Below are positions 40,531 through 49,694 of a stretch of DNA of 64,000 nucleotides, piece by piece (the stretch's first letter is position 1; the number at the start of each line of letters is the position of its first letter). Origin of the DNA: an uncultured bacterium. GTDB taxonomy: Bacteria > Hydrothermota > Hydrothermia > WGAB01. Under the pieces are notes generated by a model that was not told the DNA's origin, searched no databases, and saw only the letters and a program-made list of their open reading frames with translations. The translations under genes and the position numbers were made by a program. The stretch lies in contig CAYOQK010000024.1 of the NCBI GenBank assembly GCA_964406105.1, positions 27,294-91,293 on the forward strand, given 5' to 3'.

Positions 40531-42042
40531 ATGCTGAAACGAGCGATCCTGGCCGCCAGCATGCTCGCCCTCGGAATCATCCTGGGCGTGATCCTCACCG
40601 CAGACCTTGGGTGGCACGCTACCAGCGAGGCTGAGGATACCGCCGCCGTCACCCTGCCTACGAGCCCCGGTGTTCCCGCACCGCAGGGATGCGAACGCCC
40701 CTTCGCCAAGGCCATTGAGGCCGTAGTGCCCGCTGTGGTTAACGTCTCCACCGAGCATGTGTTCAAACACCCTCCGATCCAGGGCAGCCCCTTTGAAGAG
40801 TTCTTCCGCGAGTTCTTTAAAGACCTTCCCCCCATGCCGGAACGGAGCCGGAGCCTGGGATCTGGTTTCATCTTCCTGCGCAAGGGCAACGAGTACTACA
40901 TCCTGACCAACAACCACGTGGTTAAGGACGCCGACAAGATCGTGGTGAAACTCCACGACGAAAGCGAGTTCAAGGGCGACGAGGTGGAAGTGGTAGGCAC
41001 CGACCCACGCACCGACTTGGCTGTTCTCAAGATCCGCAGTGATCACGAACTCCCAGTGGCCCCCCTGGGCGACTCCGATAGCATCCAAGTGGGGGACTGG
41101 GCCATTGCCATAGGCAACCCCTTTGGCCTGGAACGCACCGTCACCGTCGGGGTGATCAGTGCCACGGGTCGCTCTGGCTTGGCCCTGCCTGAGGGCCCAT
41201 CGTACCAGGATTTCATCCAAACCGACGCAGCCATCAACCCTGGCAACTCTGGCGGCCCCCTGGTGAACATCCGGGGCCAGGTGATCGGCGTGAACACCGC
41301 CATCTCCACCCCCTCGGGGGGCAATGTGGGGATCGGTTTTGCCATCCCCATCAACCTGGCCAAGTACGTGGCCACCCAACTCATTGAAAAGGGCCGGGTG
41401 ATTCGGGGATACCTGGGCATCCTGCCCCAACCCTTGACCCCAGAACTGGCCGAAGCCTATGGTCTGGAAAAACCCGAAGGTGTGCTCGTAGCCCGCGTGG
41501 TGGAAAACACCCCTGCGGAGAAGGCCGGACTCCAAGAAGGGGACGTGATCGTGGAGTTCAATGGCAAACCTGTGACCACCGTGGAGAAGTTCCGGATCAT
41601 GGTGGCTGAAACGCCGCCAGGCACTGAGGTCACCCTCAAGGTGGTTCGGCCAGATGGTTCCCAAACCACGCTGAGGGCCACCCTTGCGGAGTTTCCCTCT
41701 TCGGCCACAGCCGCCGCCCCTGGCCAAGGGGAACAGCCTGAAGTGGTTCCCGGCCACGCCACCTGGTTGGGCCTGGAGGTGGCCGACGTAAGGTCCGAAG
41801 ACGCCCAGAAACTGGGAGTTAGCCAGGACCAAGGCGTGGTGGTGCTCAAGGTGGAACCCAACTCCCGGGCCGAGGACGCGGGATTCCAACGGGGCGACGT
41901 GATCCAACGAATCGGCGAGTTGGAAATCCAAGGGCTCAAGGACTTCAAGGACGCGCAAAAGCGTTATCAGGATGCCAAACGTCCCATCATCTTCAAGGTG
42001 ATCCGGCGCAATGTGCCGGTGTTCCTGGCAGTGAAACCGTAA
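40531..42042 (+). CDS. htrA: Do-family serine endoprotease (DegP/HtrA) with two PDZ domains
   Basis: Catalytic GNSGGPL, HD...D triad context, two PDZ segments. ATG at 40531 with AAAGGAGGTG RBS preferred over the track start 40474. Confidence 0.88.
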   Translation: MLKRAILAASMLALGIILGVILTADLGWHATSEAEDTAAVTLPTSPGVPAPQGCERPFAKAIEAVVPAVVNVSTEHVFKHPPIQGSPFEEFFREFFKDLPPMPERSRSLGSGFIFLRKGNEYYILTNNHVVKDADKIVVKLHDESEFKGDEVEVVGTDPRTDLAVLKIRSDHELPVAPLGDSDSIQVGDWAIAIGNPFGLERTVTVGVISATGRSGLALPEGPSYQDFIQTDAAINPGNSGGPLVNIRGQVIGVNTAISTPSGGNVGIGFAIPINLAKYVATQLIEKGRVIRGYLGILPQPLTPELAEAYGLEKPEGVLVARVVENTPAEKAGLQEGDVIVEFNGKPVTTVEKFRIMVAETPPGTEVTLKVVRPDGSQTTLRATLAEFPSSATAAAPGQGEQPEVVPGHATWLGLEVADVRSEDAQKLGVSQDQGVVVLKVEPNSRAEDAGFQRGDVIQRIGELEIQGLKDFKDAQKRYQDAKRPIIFKVIRRNVPVFLAVKP

Positions 42043-42048
42043 AAATTG

Positions 42049-42078
42049 GGGTGGTGGGGTCGCTCCCCCACCACCCCA
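42049..42078 (+). terminator. 12-bp perfect stem-loop GGGGTGGTGGGG-tcgctc-CCCCACCACCCC just after the htrA stop
   Basis: Seen in sequence. No U-tract follows (common in GC-rich genomes). Confidence 0.45.
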
Positions 42079-42088
42079 CCCTTACACC

Positions 42089-42940
42089 ATGATTCGCCAA
42101 ACCTTACGCTCTCCCCATGGGCGAACCCTGGAAACCGGGGGACGCACCCTGATCATGGGGATTCTGAACGTCACCCCGGACTCGTTCTATGACGGCGGCC
42201 GCTACACCCTTACCGACACCGCGGTACAACGAGGCCTGGACATGCTGGAACAAGGGGCCGACCTGCTGGACATTGGGGGAGAATCCTCCCGACCAGGCGC
42301 CGAACCCGTCCCTTTGGAGGAGGAACTGCGGCGGGTGATCCCGGTGGTACGCGAACTCCGCCGCGAAGCCCCTGAGGCCTGGATCTCCGTGGACACCTAC
42401 AAGGCAGAGGTGGCACGCCAGGCCGTGGAAGCAGGGGCCGACATGGTGAACGACATCTCGGCCGCCACCTTTGACCCCGATATGGCGACCTTTGTGGTCT
42501 CTCAAAGCGTGCCCACCGTGCTCATGCACATGAAGGGCACCCCACGCGACATGCAGAAGAACCCCTTTTACCGCGACGTGGTGGACGAGGTGTACCGGTA
42601 CCTGGAAAGCCGACGCAGTGCCCTCCTGCACCTGGGGTTGCCGGCCCACCAGATCGTGGTAGACCCCGGCATCGGCTTCGGAAAACGGGTGGAGGATAAC
42701 CTGGAACTCCTGAAGAACATTACCCGGTTCCGGGGCCTCGGAGCCCCTCTGTTGGTGGGTCACTCCCGCAAGAGTTTCATCGGAGCCCTGCTCCAGGAAC
42801 CCCACCCCGAGGGCCGACTGTTCGGCACCCTGGCGGTGACCGCCTTCTTGGTGATGAAGGGCGTGGAAATCCTGCGGGTACACGATGTCGCAGAGAACCG
42901 CCAGGTGATCCAAACCTTGGAATCCCTCAAGCGCGAGTAG
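42089..42940 (+). CDS. folP: dihydropteroate synthase
   Basis: 283 aa. IMGILNVTPDSFYDGG, DIGGESSRPG, GHSRKSF motifs. Confidence 0.9.
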   Translation: MIRQTLRSPHGRTLETGGRTLIMGILNVTPDSFYDGGRYTLTDTAVQRGLDMLEQGADLLDIGGESSRPGAEPVPLEEELRRVIPVVRELRREAPEAWISVDTYKAEVARQAVEAGADMVNDISAATFDPDMATFVVSQSVPTVLMHMKGTPRDMQKNPFYRDVVDEVYRYLESRRSALLHLGLPAHQIVVDPGIGFGKRVEDNLELLKNITRFRGLGAPLLVGHSRKSFIGALLQEPHPEGRLFGTLAVTAFLVMKGVEILRVHDVAENRQVIQTLESLKRE

Positions 42941-42941
42941 C

Positions 42942-43841
42942 ATGTACGTGTTTACCGGGGAGCCGGTGCGGGTCACAGGCATTGACGAAAACGGCTACGG
43001 CCCTTTCCTGGGCCCTCTGGTGGTCACCCGGGTGGACCTGGAGGTAGAGGGCGATCCCTGGCAACACCTGGACCTCACTCAGCAGGCCCGCCCGCCCCTG
43101 TTCCGGGACAGCAAGGAGATCTTTCGGCGAAGCCTACCCACCTACCGCAACGGCGAATTCCTGGCCTTGGGCCTTCTCCAGGCCCAAGGCCTCCAAATTC
43201 AGGATTTCCACAGCCTGGTGCAGCAACTCCTGGGCCGAACTCTACAGGACCTCTATGCCCCTTGCCCCTCCCTTGCCTCCCTGTACCTTAACCTCCCCCT
43301 GCCCGCGTGGCTGGACCACACCCCTCCTCCCCTTCACCACCCATCTCCGGGGGTTCGGCTGGCCGAGATTCGGGTAGACATCCTTTCGGAACCGCTGTTT
43401 AATGAGCAGGTGGACCGCTACGGGAGTAAGGCGTTGGTGGACTTTCGGCTGTTCCTCTCCCTGCTGGAGGCAGGGGAATCCGGGCAAGAGGCCTTCCTGG
43501 GGAAGATCGGGGGCACCCGGCGGTACAGCCGTTGGTTCCAGCAACTCAAAGAACCTGTGGAGGTGCTCAGGGAAACCCGACACCATGCCGCTTACCGATG
43601 GCACGGTCAACGGCTCCATTTTCTGCAAAACGCCGATGCCCGTTGGCTCCCCGTGGCCATGGCCTCGGTCGTCGGCAAGTATCTGCGCGAGCTCTTCATG
43701 CTGGCCCTCAGCCGGGGCCTGGGGTTTGAGCACCCGCTCCCCTATGCCTCGGGGTACGCCCACGACCCCCGCAGCCACGAGGTGGCTCAACGACTGGCTC
43801 GTTTGGGGCTTCCTCCCTTCTGTTTTCGCCGAAAAAAATGA
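42942..43841 (+). CDS. divergent RNase HII-like protein with about 100-aa central insertion
   Basis: 299 aa. N-terminal VTGIDENGYGPFLGPLVV (compare RNase HII IAGIDEAGRGPLAGPVV), DSK motif. C-terminal ADARWLPVAMASVVGKYLRE...GYAHDP (compare ADSKYPIVSAASIIAK...GYPSDP). Confidence 0.45.
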   Translation: MYVFTGEPVRVTGIDENGYGPFLGPLVVTRVDLEVEGDPWQHLDLTQQARPPLFRDSKEIFRRSLPTYRNGEFLALGLLQAQGLQIQDFHSLVQQLLGRTLQDLYAPCPSLASLYLNLPLPAWLDHTPPPLHHPSPGVRLAEIRVDILSEPLFNEQVDRYGSKALVDFRLFLSLLEAGESGQEAFLGKIGGTRRYSRWFQQLKEPVEVLRETRHHAAYRWHGQRLHFLQNADARWLPVAMASVVGKYLRELFMLALSRGLGFEHPLPYASGYAHDPRSHEVAQRLARLGLPPFCFRRKK

Positions 43842-44647
43842 ATCTGGCCCTGGTTCTGGTGGCCCTGTTGGAGGGGCCGGGCATGGCCCTCTCAGGCCCT
43901 ACCCCACCCCCGGCCTTCACCTTGTACCTTCAACAGTTCGTCAACCTGCCCTCCCCTTCGCCTCCCACCCTCAATCCTCCTGACCTGCCCTTCCTGAACC
44001 GAGGGCAGATGCTACTGGCCGGGCTCACCGTGGCTGCAGTCTTGGACCTCGCCTTTGATCCGATGAACCGAGAGGCAGTGCTCCATCGGCTGGAACTCAT
44101 TACCAGCCCCAATCACGCAGCCCCTGAGAACAAAGGGCCCTTCCACGTCCGGTCTTGGCAAAAGGAATTCGGACAAAAGAACCATCTGGACCGCTGTGTC
44201 CACTTCATGATCCCCCACCTGCTCACCCGTCACCTCACCCACGTATTGGAGTACGGCACCCAACTGGACCGCACCAAAAGCCTGGCGATCGCCAGCACCA
44301 CCGTGGCGATTCTGAGCATCGCTGACGAGTACGTGGACGGCATTGAACAGGACGAAGGCTTCAGCCCCCTGGACTTTCTGGCCAACCTGGCCGGTGTCCT
44401 TTGGGCATGGGTTCGGGAACGCCACGGCTTGGACTTCGTGGAGATCTATTGGGACTACCCCCGAAAGGATCCCAATTGGAAATGGGCGTGGTGGAACAAC
44501 ATGGACGCCTACGTGTTCACCCTTCGCATCAACCTGCTGGGCCTCTCCCAATCCACCTCGCAGCAACCCCAGATCTTTCGCTGGTGGAAAAACTACCTGG
44601 GGTATTTCCCGTACACCACCCTCCTCGGTGAGCGGCAACGACCATGA
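43838..44647 (+). CDS. hypothetical protein (signal-peptide-like N-terminus, Trp-rich C-terminus)
   Basis: 269 aa. 4-nt overlaps with flanking genes. No motif recognised. Confidence 0.4.
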   Translation: MNLALVLVALLEGPGMALSGPTPPPAFTLYLQQFVNLPSPSPPTLNPPDLPFLNRGQMLLAGLTVAAVLDLAFDPMNREAVLHRLELITSPNHAAPENKGPFHVRSWQKEFGQKNHLDRCVHFMIPHLLTRHLTHVLEYGTQLDRTKSLAIASTTVAILSIADEYVDGIEQDEGFSPLDFLANLAGVLWAWVRERHGLDFVEIYWDYPRKDPNWKWAWWNNMDAYVFTLRINLLGLSQSTSQQPQIFRWWKNYLGYFPYTTLLGERQRP

Positions 44648-46056
44648 CCCACCCCTCTACCCTGCGCCACCTCATCCTCACGGCCATCCGCCGATACCGC
44701 ATGATGGAACCCGGCATGAAGGTGCTGGTGGCCGTTTCGGGAGGGGCCGACTCGGTGTTCCTGCTCCACTGGCTCGTACACCTGCGGCCCCTGTTGCAAG
44801 TGGAACTCGCGGTGGCCCATTTGGATCATCGGATCCGCCCCGACTCCTTGGACGACCTTCACTTCACTGCGGAGTTGGCGGAGATCCTCCACCTGCCCTT
44901 CTTCGGCCACCGGCTCCAGAAACCGCTGGAAAAGAAACCCGGTCAGAATCTGGAGGAACAGGCCCGGATCGCCCGAATGGCCTTCCTGGAAGAAACCCTC
45001 CGCCGATGGGGCGGGCACCGCATTGCCCTGGGCCATACCCTCACGGACGCTGCCGAAACCCTGCTGTTCCACTTGTTCCGAGGGGCAGGCTTTACCGGTC
45101 TCTCTGGCCTGCGCCCTGTGCGACTGCCCTACGTGCGGCCCTTGATCCTCATCCGGCGCGAGGCTGTCCGTGCGTACCTCCAAAAAGAGGGAATCCCCTT
45201 TCGCGAGGATCCCACGAACCAGGATCTCAGCCGAGCGCGGAACTTCATCCGGCTCCAAGTGATCCCCTTGGTGGAAGAGCGGTTTCCTGGGCTCCAGGAT
45301 CACCTATTTGCGGTGTCCCGGTTGAATCAAGAGATCGTGGAGGACCTCCAGAGTCGGCTGCCTGCCCTGGAACAACTGGTGGATCACACCTTCTTTGGCA
45401 ACCCCGTGATTCCTGTAGAGGCCCTGGAACGTCTGCCCCGTGTGCTCCAGCGCTGGTTTGCGTACCAGGTATTGGGAGCCAACTTCAAGGAGTCCGAGGA
45501 GTTCCTGCGGCTCCTCCAGTGCCCCTCTGGTCGGGTGGATCTGCGGGGAGGACGTCTGATCCGGTCCTTTGGATGGCTCCTGTGGGAACGTACTTTACCC
45601 CCTCGTCCCCCAGGCCCGCAACGGTGGGAGGGCCCAAGCCTGCGGCTGCCCCAAATCAACCTGCTGTTCCAAGTGGCTCCCACGGCCTCTTGTGCACCTC
45701 CCCATCCGCTCCAGGCCTGCTGGCCCGAGGATGCCGTGGGCGGCCCGCCCTTTACAATTAGAACGATACAGCCCGGCGACCGCCTGGAGGTTCAGCCCGG
45801 ACGATGGAAAAAGGTGAAATTCCTGTTGCAAACCCATCGGGTTCCTCAATGGATCCGCTCCTGGTTGCCGGTGGTAGAGGACGCCCGCGGGCTCCTTTGG
45901 ATTCCAGGAGTGGCTCAGGCGCATCGGCCGGGCCAACAGGACCGTTGGGTGAAAATGGAGGTGAAAAAAGCCAATGAACACGAACCCTGGCTATTTGATT
46001 ACTGCCGAGGAAATCCAACGGCGGGTTCAGGAACTGGCCCAAACCCTAACCCGTGA
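44644..46056 (+). CDS. tilS: tRNA(Ile)-lysidine synthetase
   Basis: 470 aa. PP-loop KVLVAVSGGADSVFLLH, HLDH motif, TilS C-terminal domain (LLWIPGV). 3' end overlaps hpt by 83 nt in another frame. Confidence 0.8.
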   Translation: MTHPSTLRHLILTAIRRYRMMEPGMKVLVAVSGGADSVFLLHWLVHLRPLLQVELAVAHLDHRIRPDSLDDLHFTAELAEILHLPFFGHRLQKPLEKKPGQNLEEQARIARMAFLEETLRRWGGHRIALGHTLTDAAETLLFHLFRGAGFTGLSGLRPVRLPYVRPLILIRREAVRAYLQKEGIPFREDPTNQDLSRARNFIRLQVIPLVEERFPGLQDHLFAVSRLNQEIVEDLQSRLPALEQLVDHTFFGNPVIPVEALERLPRVLQRWFAYQVLGANFKESEEFLRLLQCPSGRVDLRGGRLIRSFGWLLWERTLPPRPPGPQRWEGPSLRLPQINLLFQVAPTASCAPPHPLQACWPEDAVGGPPFTIRTIQPGDRLEVQPGRWKKVKFLLQTHRVPQWIRSWLPVVEDARGLLWIPGVAQAHRPGQQDRWVKMEVKKANEHEPWLFDYCRGNPTAGSGTGPNPNP

Positions 46057-46516
46057 CTACGAGGGCAAAAACCCCCTGTTTGTGGGCGTGCTCAAGGGAT
46101 CCTTCATCTTTTTGGCGGACCTGATCCGCCATATCCCCTTTGACGTAGCCGTGGACTTCCTGGCCGTGTCCAGCTACGGAAAGTCCACCGAGAGCAGCGG
46201 TGAGGTCAAGATCCTGAAGGATCTCTCCGAACCCATTGAAGGGCGTCACGTGCTCCTGGTGGAGGACATCGTGGATACCGGCATCACCTTGGACTACCTG
46301 TATCGCCTGCTCTTGGAACGCAAACCGGCCAGCCTGGAGATCTGCGTGCTGCTGGATAAGCAGGAGCGTCGGGTGGTGGACGTGCCCGTGAAGTACGTGG
46401 GCTTTTCCGTGCCCGACCGGTTCTTGGTGGGCTACGGTTTGGACTTCGCAGAACGTTATCGCAACCTGCCCTATGTTCGGGAACTGCTGCCCGAGGAGGT
46501 GAAGGCCGGTGGATAG
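45974..46516 (+). CDS. hpt: hypoxanthine phosphoribosyltransferase
   Basis: 180 aa. PRPP-binding VLLVEDIVDTGITL. GGAGGTG RBS 10 nt upstream of the ATG. Confidence 0.9.
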   Translation: MNTNPGYLITAEEIQRRVQELAQTLTRDYEGKNPLFVGVLKGSFIFLADLIRHIPFDVAVDFLAVSSYGKSTESSGEVKILKDLSEPIEGRHVLLVEDIVDTGITLDYLYRLLLERKPASLEICVLLDKQERRVVDVPVKYVGFSVPDRFLVGYGLDFAERYRNLPYVRELLPEEVKAGG

Positions 46517-48458
46517 AAAGCGACCCAGGGTGCCCGCCCCACGGGGCCGCTCTGAATTCGCCAAAACCCTCCTCGTGTGGTCCACCCTGTTCCTGGTGGT
46601 GCTGATCGCTATCCACTTCATGGGAGGCACCCAACCGGAACGCATCCCCCTGGACCTTACCACCTTCCAACAACTCGTGGAGGAGGGAAAGGTCCAACGG
46701 GTGGTGATTACCGACCTGGACCTGGAAGGGGAACTCTCTGAACCCTACACCACCCCCGAGGGCAAAACCTCTCGGTTCTTCAAAACCCGACTCCCCTTCC
46801 AAGACCCAGACCTGGTGAAAACCCTGATAGCCAAGGGCATTCAGGTGGAGTCGCGACAACGCACGATCTGGTGGGATATCGCCCTCACCTACCTTCCCTG
46901 GCTCGTGCTCATCTTCCTGTTCTGGTTCTTCATGTTTCGGCAGATGGGTGGGGCCAATCGGGCGTTTACCTTCGGCAAGAGCCGCGTGAAGATCCTGGCT
47001 GAGGACCGGCCCAAGGTTACCTTCAACGACGTGGCCGGTGTGGAGGAGGCCAAGGAGGAACTCCGCGAGGTGATTGAGTTCCTCAAAAACCCCGACAAGT
47101 TCAAACGACTGGGAGCCCGCATTCCCAAGGGCGTTCTGCTGCTGGGCCCCCCGGGGACCGGCAAAACCCTGTTGGCCAAGGCAGTGGCCGGCGAGGCTGG
47201 AGTGCCCTTTCTTTCCATTTCCGGATCGGACTTCGTAGAACTCTTCGTCGGCGTAGGGGCCGCCCGGGTTCGGGACCTCTTTGAACAGGCCAAGGCCCAC
47301 GCCCCCTGCATCGTGTTCATTGACGAGATTGACGCTGTGGGCCGCCTGCGGGGCGCTGGCCTTGGTGGTGGCCACGACGAACGCGAACAAACCCTGAACC
47401 AGCTGCTCGTGGAAATGGATGGGTTTGACACCTCGGAGGGCATCGTGGTCATGGCAGCCACGAACCGGCCCGATATCCTGGATCCTGCCCTTCTACGGCC
47501 GGGTCGCTTTGACCGACGCATTGTGGTGGATATGCCCGATGTGAAGGGCCGAGAAGAAATCCTCAAGATCCACACCCGCAACGTTCCCCTGGCCCCAGAC
47601 GTGGACCTCTCCAAGATCGCCCGAAGTACGCCAGGGTTCTCCGGGGCAGACCTCGCCAATCTGGTGAACGAGGCCGCCCTGTTGGCAGCACGGGCAGGCC
47701 GAAACATGGTTACCATGGCCGACTTTGAAGAGGCCAAGGACAAGGTGATCATGGGGACCGCCCGCCGCAGCCTGGTAATGTCCGACGAAGAAAAGCAACG
47801 GATCGCCTATCACGAGGCCGGCCATGCATTGGTGTCGCGGTTCCTTCCGGGCACCGACCCCATCAATAAGGTCACCATTGTGCCTCGGGGCCGCGCCCTG
47901 GGGGTTACCCAATCCTTGCCCACCGATGATCGGCACATCTATCCCCGGGAGTACCTGGAGAACCAACTGGCCATCCTGATGGGGGGCCGCGTGGCCGAGA
48001 AACTCGTGTACGGTGATCTCTCCACAGGGGCTGCCAACGACCTGGAACGTGCCACCGAACTCGCCCGAAAGATGGTCACGGAGTGGGGGATGTCCGAAAA
48101 ACTCGGGCCCGTCACCTTCGGAAAGGTGGAAGAAGAGGTGTTCCTGGGCCGGGAACTCGGGGTCAAACGGAGTTACTCCGAGGAGATCGCTCGGCTGATT
48201 GACCAAGAGATCCGCAACTTCGTGCTGCGCGCTGAGGCCAGAGCCCAGGAGATCCTTCAGCAAAACCTGGACAAACTCCACGCCTTGGCCCAGGCGCTTC
48301 TGGAAAAGGAAACCTTGAGTGGCGAAGAGGTGGACGAGATCCTCGGGATCCGGTCATCCTCGCCCGAAAGGCCTGCGGTGTCCGAACCCTCGGGCTCTTC
48401 TCCAAAGTCTCCGGGGCCCACACCTTCGGGCGACAGGACGTCAGACACCACTCCGTAA
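46509..48458 (+). CDS. ftsH: ATP-dependent zinc metalloprotease FtsH
   Basis: 649 aa, GTG start overlapping the hpt stop. Two TMs, AAA Walker [19 protein letters not shown] zinc motif. Confidence 0.92.
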   Translation: MDRKRPRVPAPRGRSEFAKTLLVWSTLFLVVLIAIHFMGGTQPERIPLDLTTFQQLVEEGKVQRVVITDLDLEGELSEPYTTPEGKTSRFFKTRLPFQDPDLVKTLIAKGIQVESRQRTIWWDIALTYLPWLVLIFLFWFFMFRQMGGANRAFTFGKSRVKILAEDRPKVTFNDVAGVEEAKEELREVIEFLKNPDKFKRLGARIPKGVLLLGPPGTGKTLLAKAVAGEAGVPFLSISGSDFVELFVGVGAARVRDLFEQAKAHAPCIVFIDEIDAVGRLRGAGLGGGHDEREQTLNQLLVEMDGFDTSEGIVVMAATNRPDILDPALLRPGRFDRRIVVDMPDVKGREEILKIHTRNVPLAPDVDLSKIARSTPGFSGADLANLVNEAALLAARAGRNMVTMADFEEAKDKVIMGTARRSLVMSDEEKQRIAYHEAGHALVSRFLPGTDPINKVTIVPRGRALGVTQSLPTDDRHIYPREYLENQLAILMGGRVAEKLVYGDLSTGAANDLERATELARKMVTEWGMSEKLGPVTFGKVEEEVFLGRELGVKRSYSEEIARLIDQEIRNFVLRAEARAQEILQQNLDKLHALAQALLEKETLSGEEVDEILGIRSSSPERPAVSEPSGSSPKSPGPTPSGDRTSDTTP

Positions 48459-48467
48459 ACGCACCCC

Positions 48468-49628
48468 ATGCGGATCCTCGTGGCCTTCAACGCCTTCAAA
48501 GAAGCCTTATCTTCCCGGGAGGCCTGCGAAGCGGCGGCGCGGGCAATCCATCGGGCCTGGCCCGAGGCCGAGGTAGATGCCGTGCCCATCGGCGATGGGG
48601 GCGACGGCACGTTAGAGGCCCTGGCCTACGCTTTGGGGGACCAAGCACGGATCCACCGCTCCACGGTGACCGGCCCGGTGTTCACCCCGGTCAAGGCGTT
48701 GTGGCTGGAACTGCCTCAAGATACCGCTTACATAGAAATGGCTCAGGCTTCGGGATTGGCTCTGGTGCCACCCGAGCAACGCAATCCTTACCTCACCACC
48801 TCGCTGGGTACCGGGGAACTCCTGCTGCATGTGCTTCAACAGGGGTTTCGCCGGATCTACCTGGGGGTCGGGGGTTCTGCCACGGTGGACGGGGGACTGG
48901 GAGCACTCACTGCTCTGGGATTCCGTTTCCTGGATGCCCAGGGCCGGCCCGTTCCTCCCACAGGCCAGGGATTGGTGGAGTTCCGAGAGATCCAGCCTCC
49001 TAAGCATCCCCTGCCTGAGTTCCAATTGACCGTGCTCGTGGACGTCCGCAACCCTCTGTTGGGACCTGAGGGGGCTGCCCGGGTGTACGGGCCCCAAAAG
49101 GGGGCAACCCCCCAACAGGTACGCACCTTAGAGCAAGGACTCCAAAGGCTTCGGGAGGCTGTGCTCGCTCTCACCGGCCGCGACATCAACGTGCCCGGCG
49201 GTGGAGCGGCAGGCGGCATTGCGGCTGCCCTGTTCGGCCTCTTGGATGCCCGTTTGGAACCCGGCAGCGAGGTGTTCCTGCGGCTGGTGGATTTTGATCG
49301 GCACCTGGGCCCGGTGGACCTGGTGCTCACGGGTGAAGGTCGGTTTGATGAGCAGTCCCGCTACGGCAAGGGGCCCTGGGCGGTGCTGCAGCACGCAGCC
49401 CAACAGGGCAAGCCGGTGTGGGTCCTGGCCGGATCCATGGCCTCGCCTCTGCCCGTACTGCCTGAAGGCGTGGGTGTGCTGGGGATCCAGCGGGGGGCCT
49501 ATCCCCTCCCCGAGGCCCTGGCCCACACCTCCCGCAATTTGGCCGACACCGTAGAACACCTGTTCCGGGTGCTTCGCCGCCTGGTGGGCCCTGGAGGGAA
49601 ATCGCATCAGAACGACGGTTCGGGTTGA
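48468..49628 (+). CDS. glxK: glycerate kinase (GarK/GlxK family)
   Basis: 386 aa. MRILVAFNAFKEALSSREACEAA N-terminus, GGGAAGG motif typical of the glycerate kinase I family. Confidence 0.8.
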   Translation: MRILVAFNAFKEALSSREACEAAARAIHRAWPEAEVDAVPIGDGGDGTLEALAYALGDQARIHRSTVTGPVFTPVKALWLELPQDTAYIEMAQASGLALVPPEQRNPYLTTSLGTGELLLHVLQQGFRRIYLGVGGSATVDGGLGALTALGFRFLDAQGRPVPPTGQGLVEFREIQPPKHPLPEFQLTVLVDVRNPLLGPEGAARVYGPQKGATPQQVRTLEQGLQRLREAVLALTGRDINVPGGGAAGGIAAALFGLLDARLEPGSEVFLRLVDFDRHLGPVDLVLTGEGRFDEQSRYGKGPWAVLQHAAQQGKPVWVLAGSMASPLPVLPEGVGVLGIQRGAYPLPEALAHTSRNLADTVEHLFRVLRRLVGPGGKSHQNDGSG

Positions 49629-49694
49629 CTTCCCGCAGGGCATAGCGTATCTAATTAGCCTACAAAATCCCCGTTTCAAGGAGGCGCGCAGGAC

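Noticed and set aside
39227-41958. 419-aa and 483-aa minus-strand ORFs antisense to bamA and htrA
   Set aside because: Shadow ORFs. Both sense genes are unambiguous.
44343-45761. 472-aa plus-strand ORF in an alternative frame across tilS
   Set aside because: Pro/Gly/Arg-rich translation without motifs. TilS PP-loop reads cleanly in the other frame.
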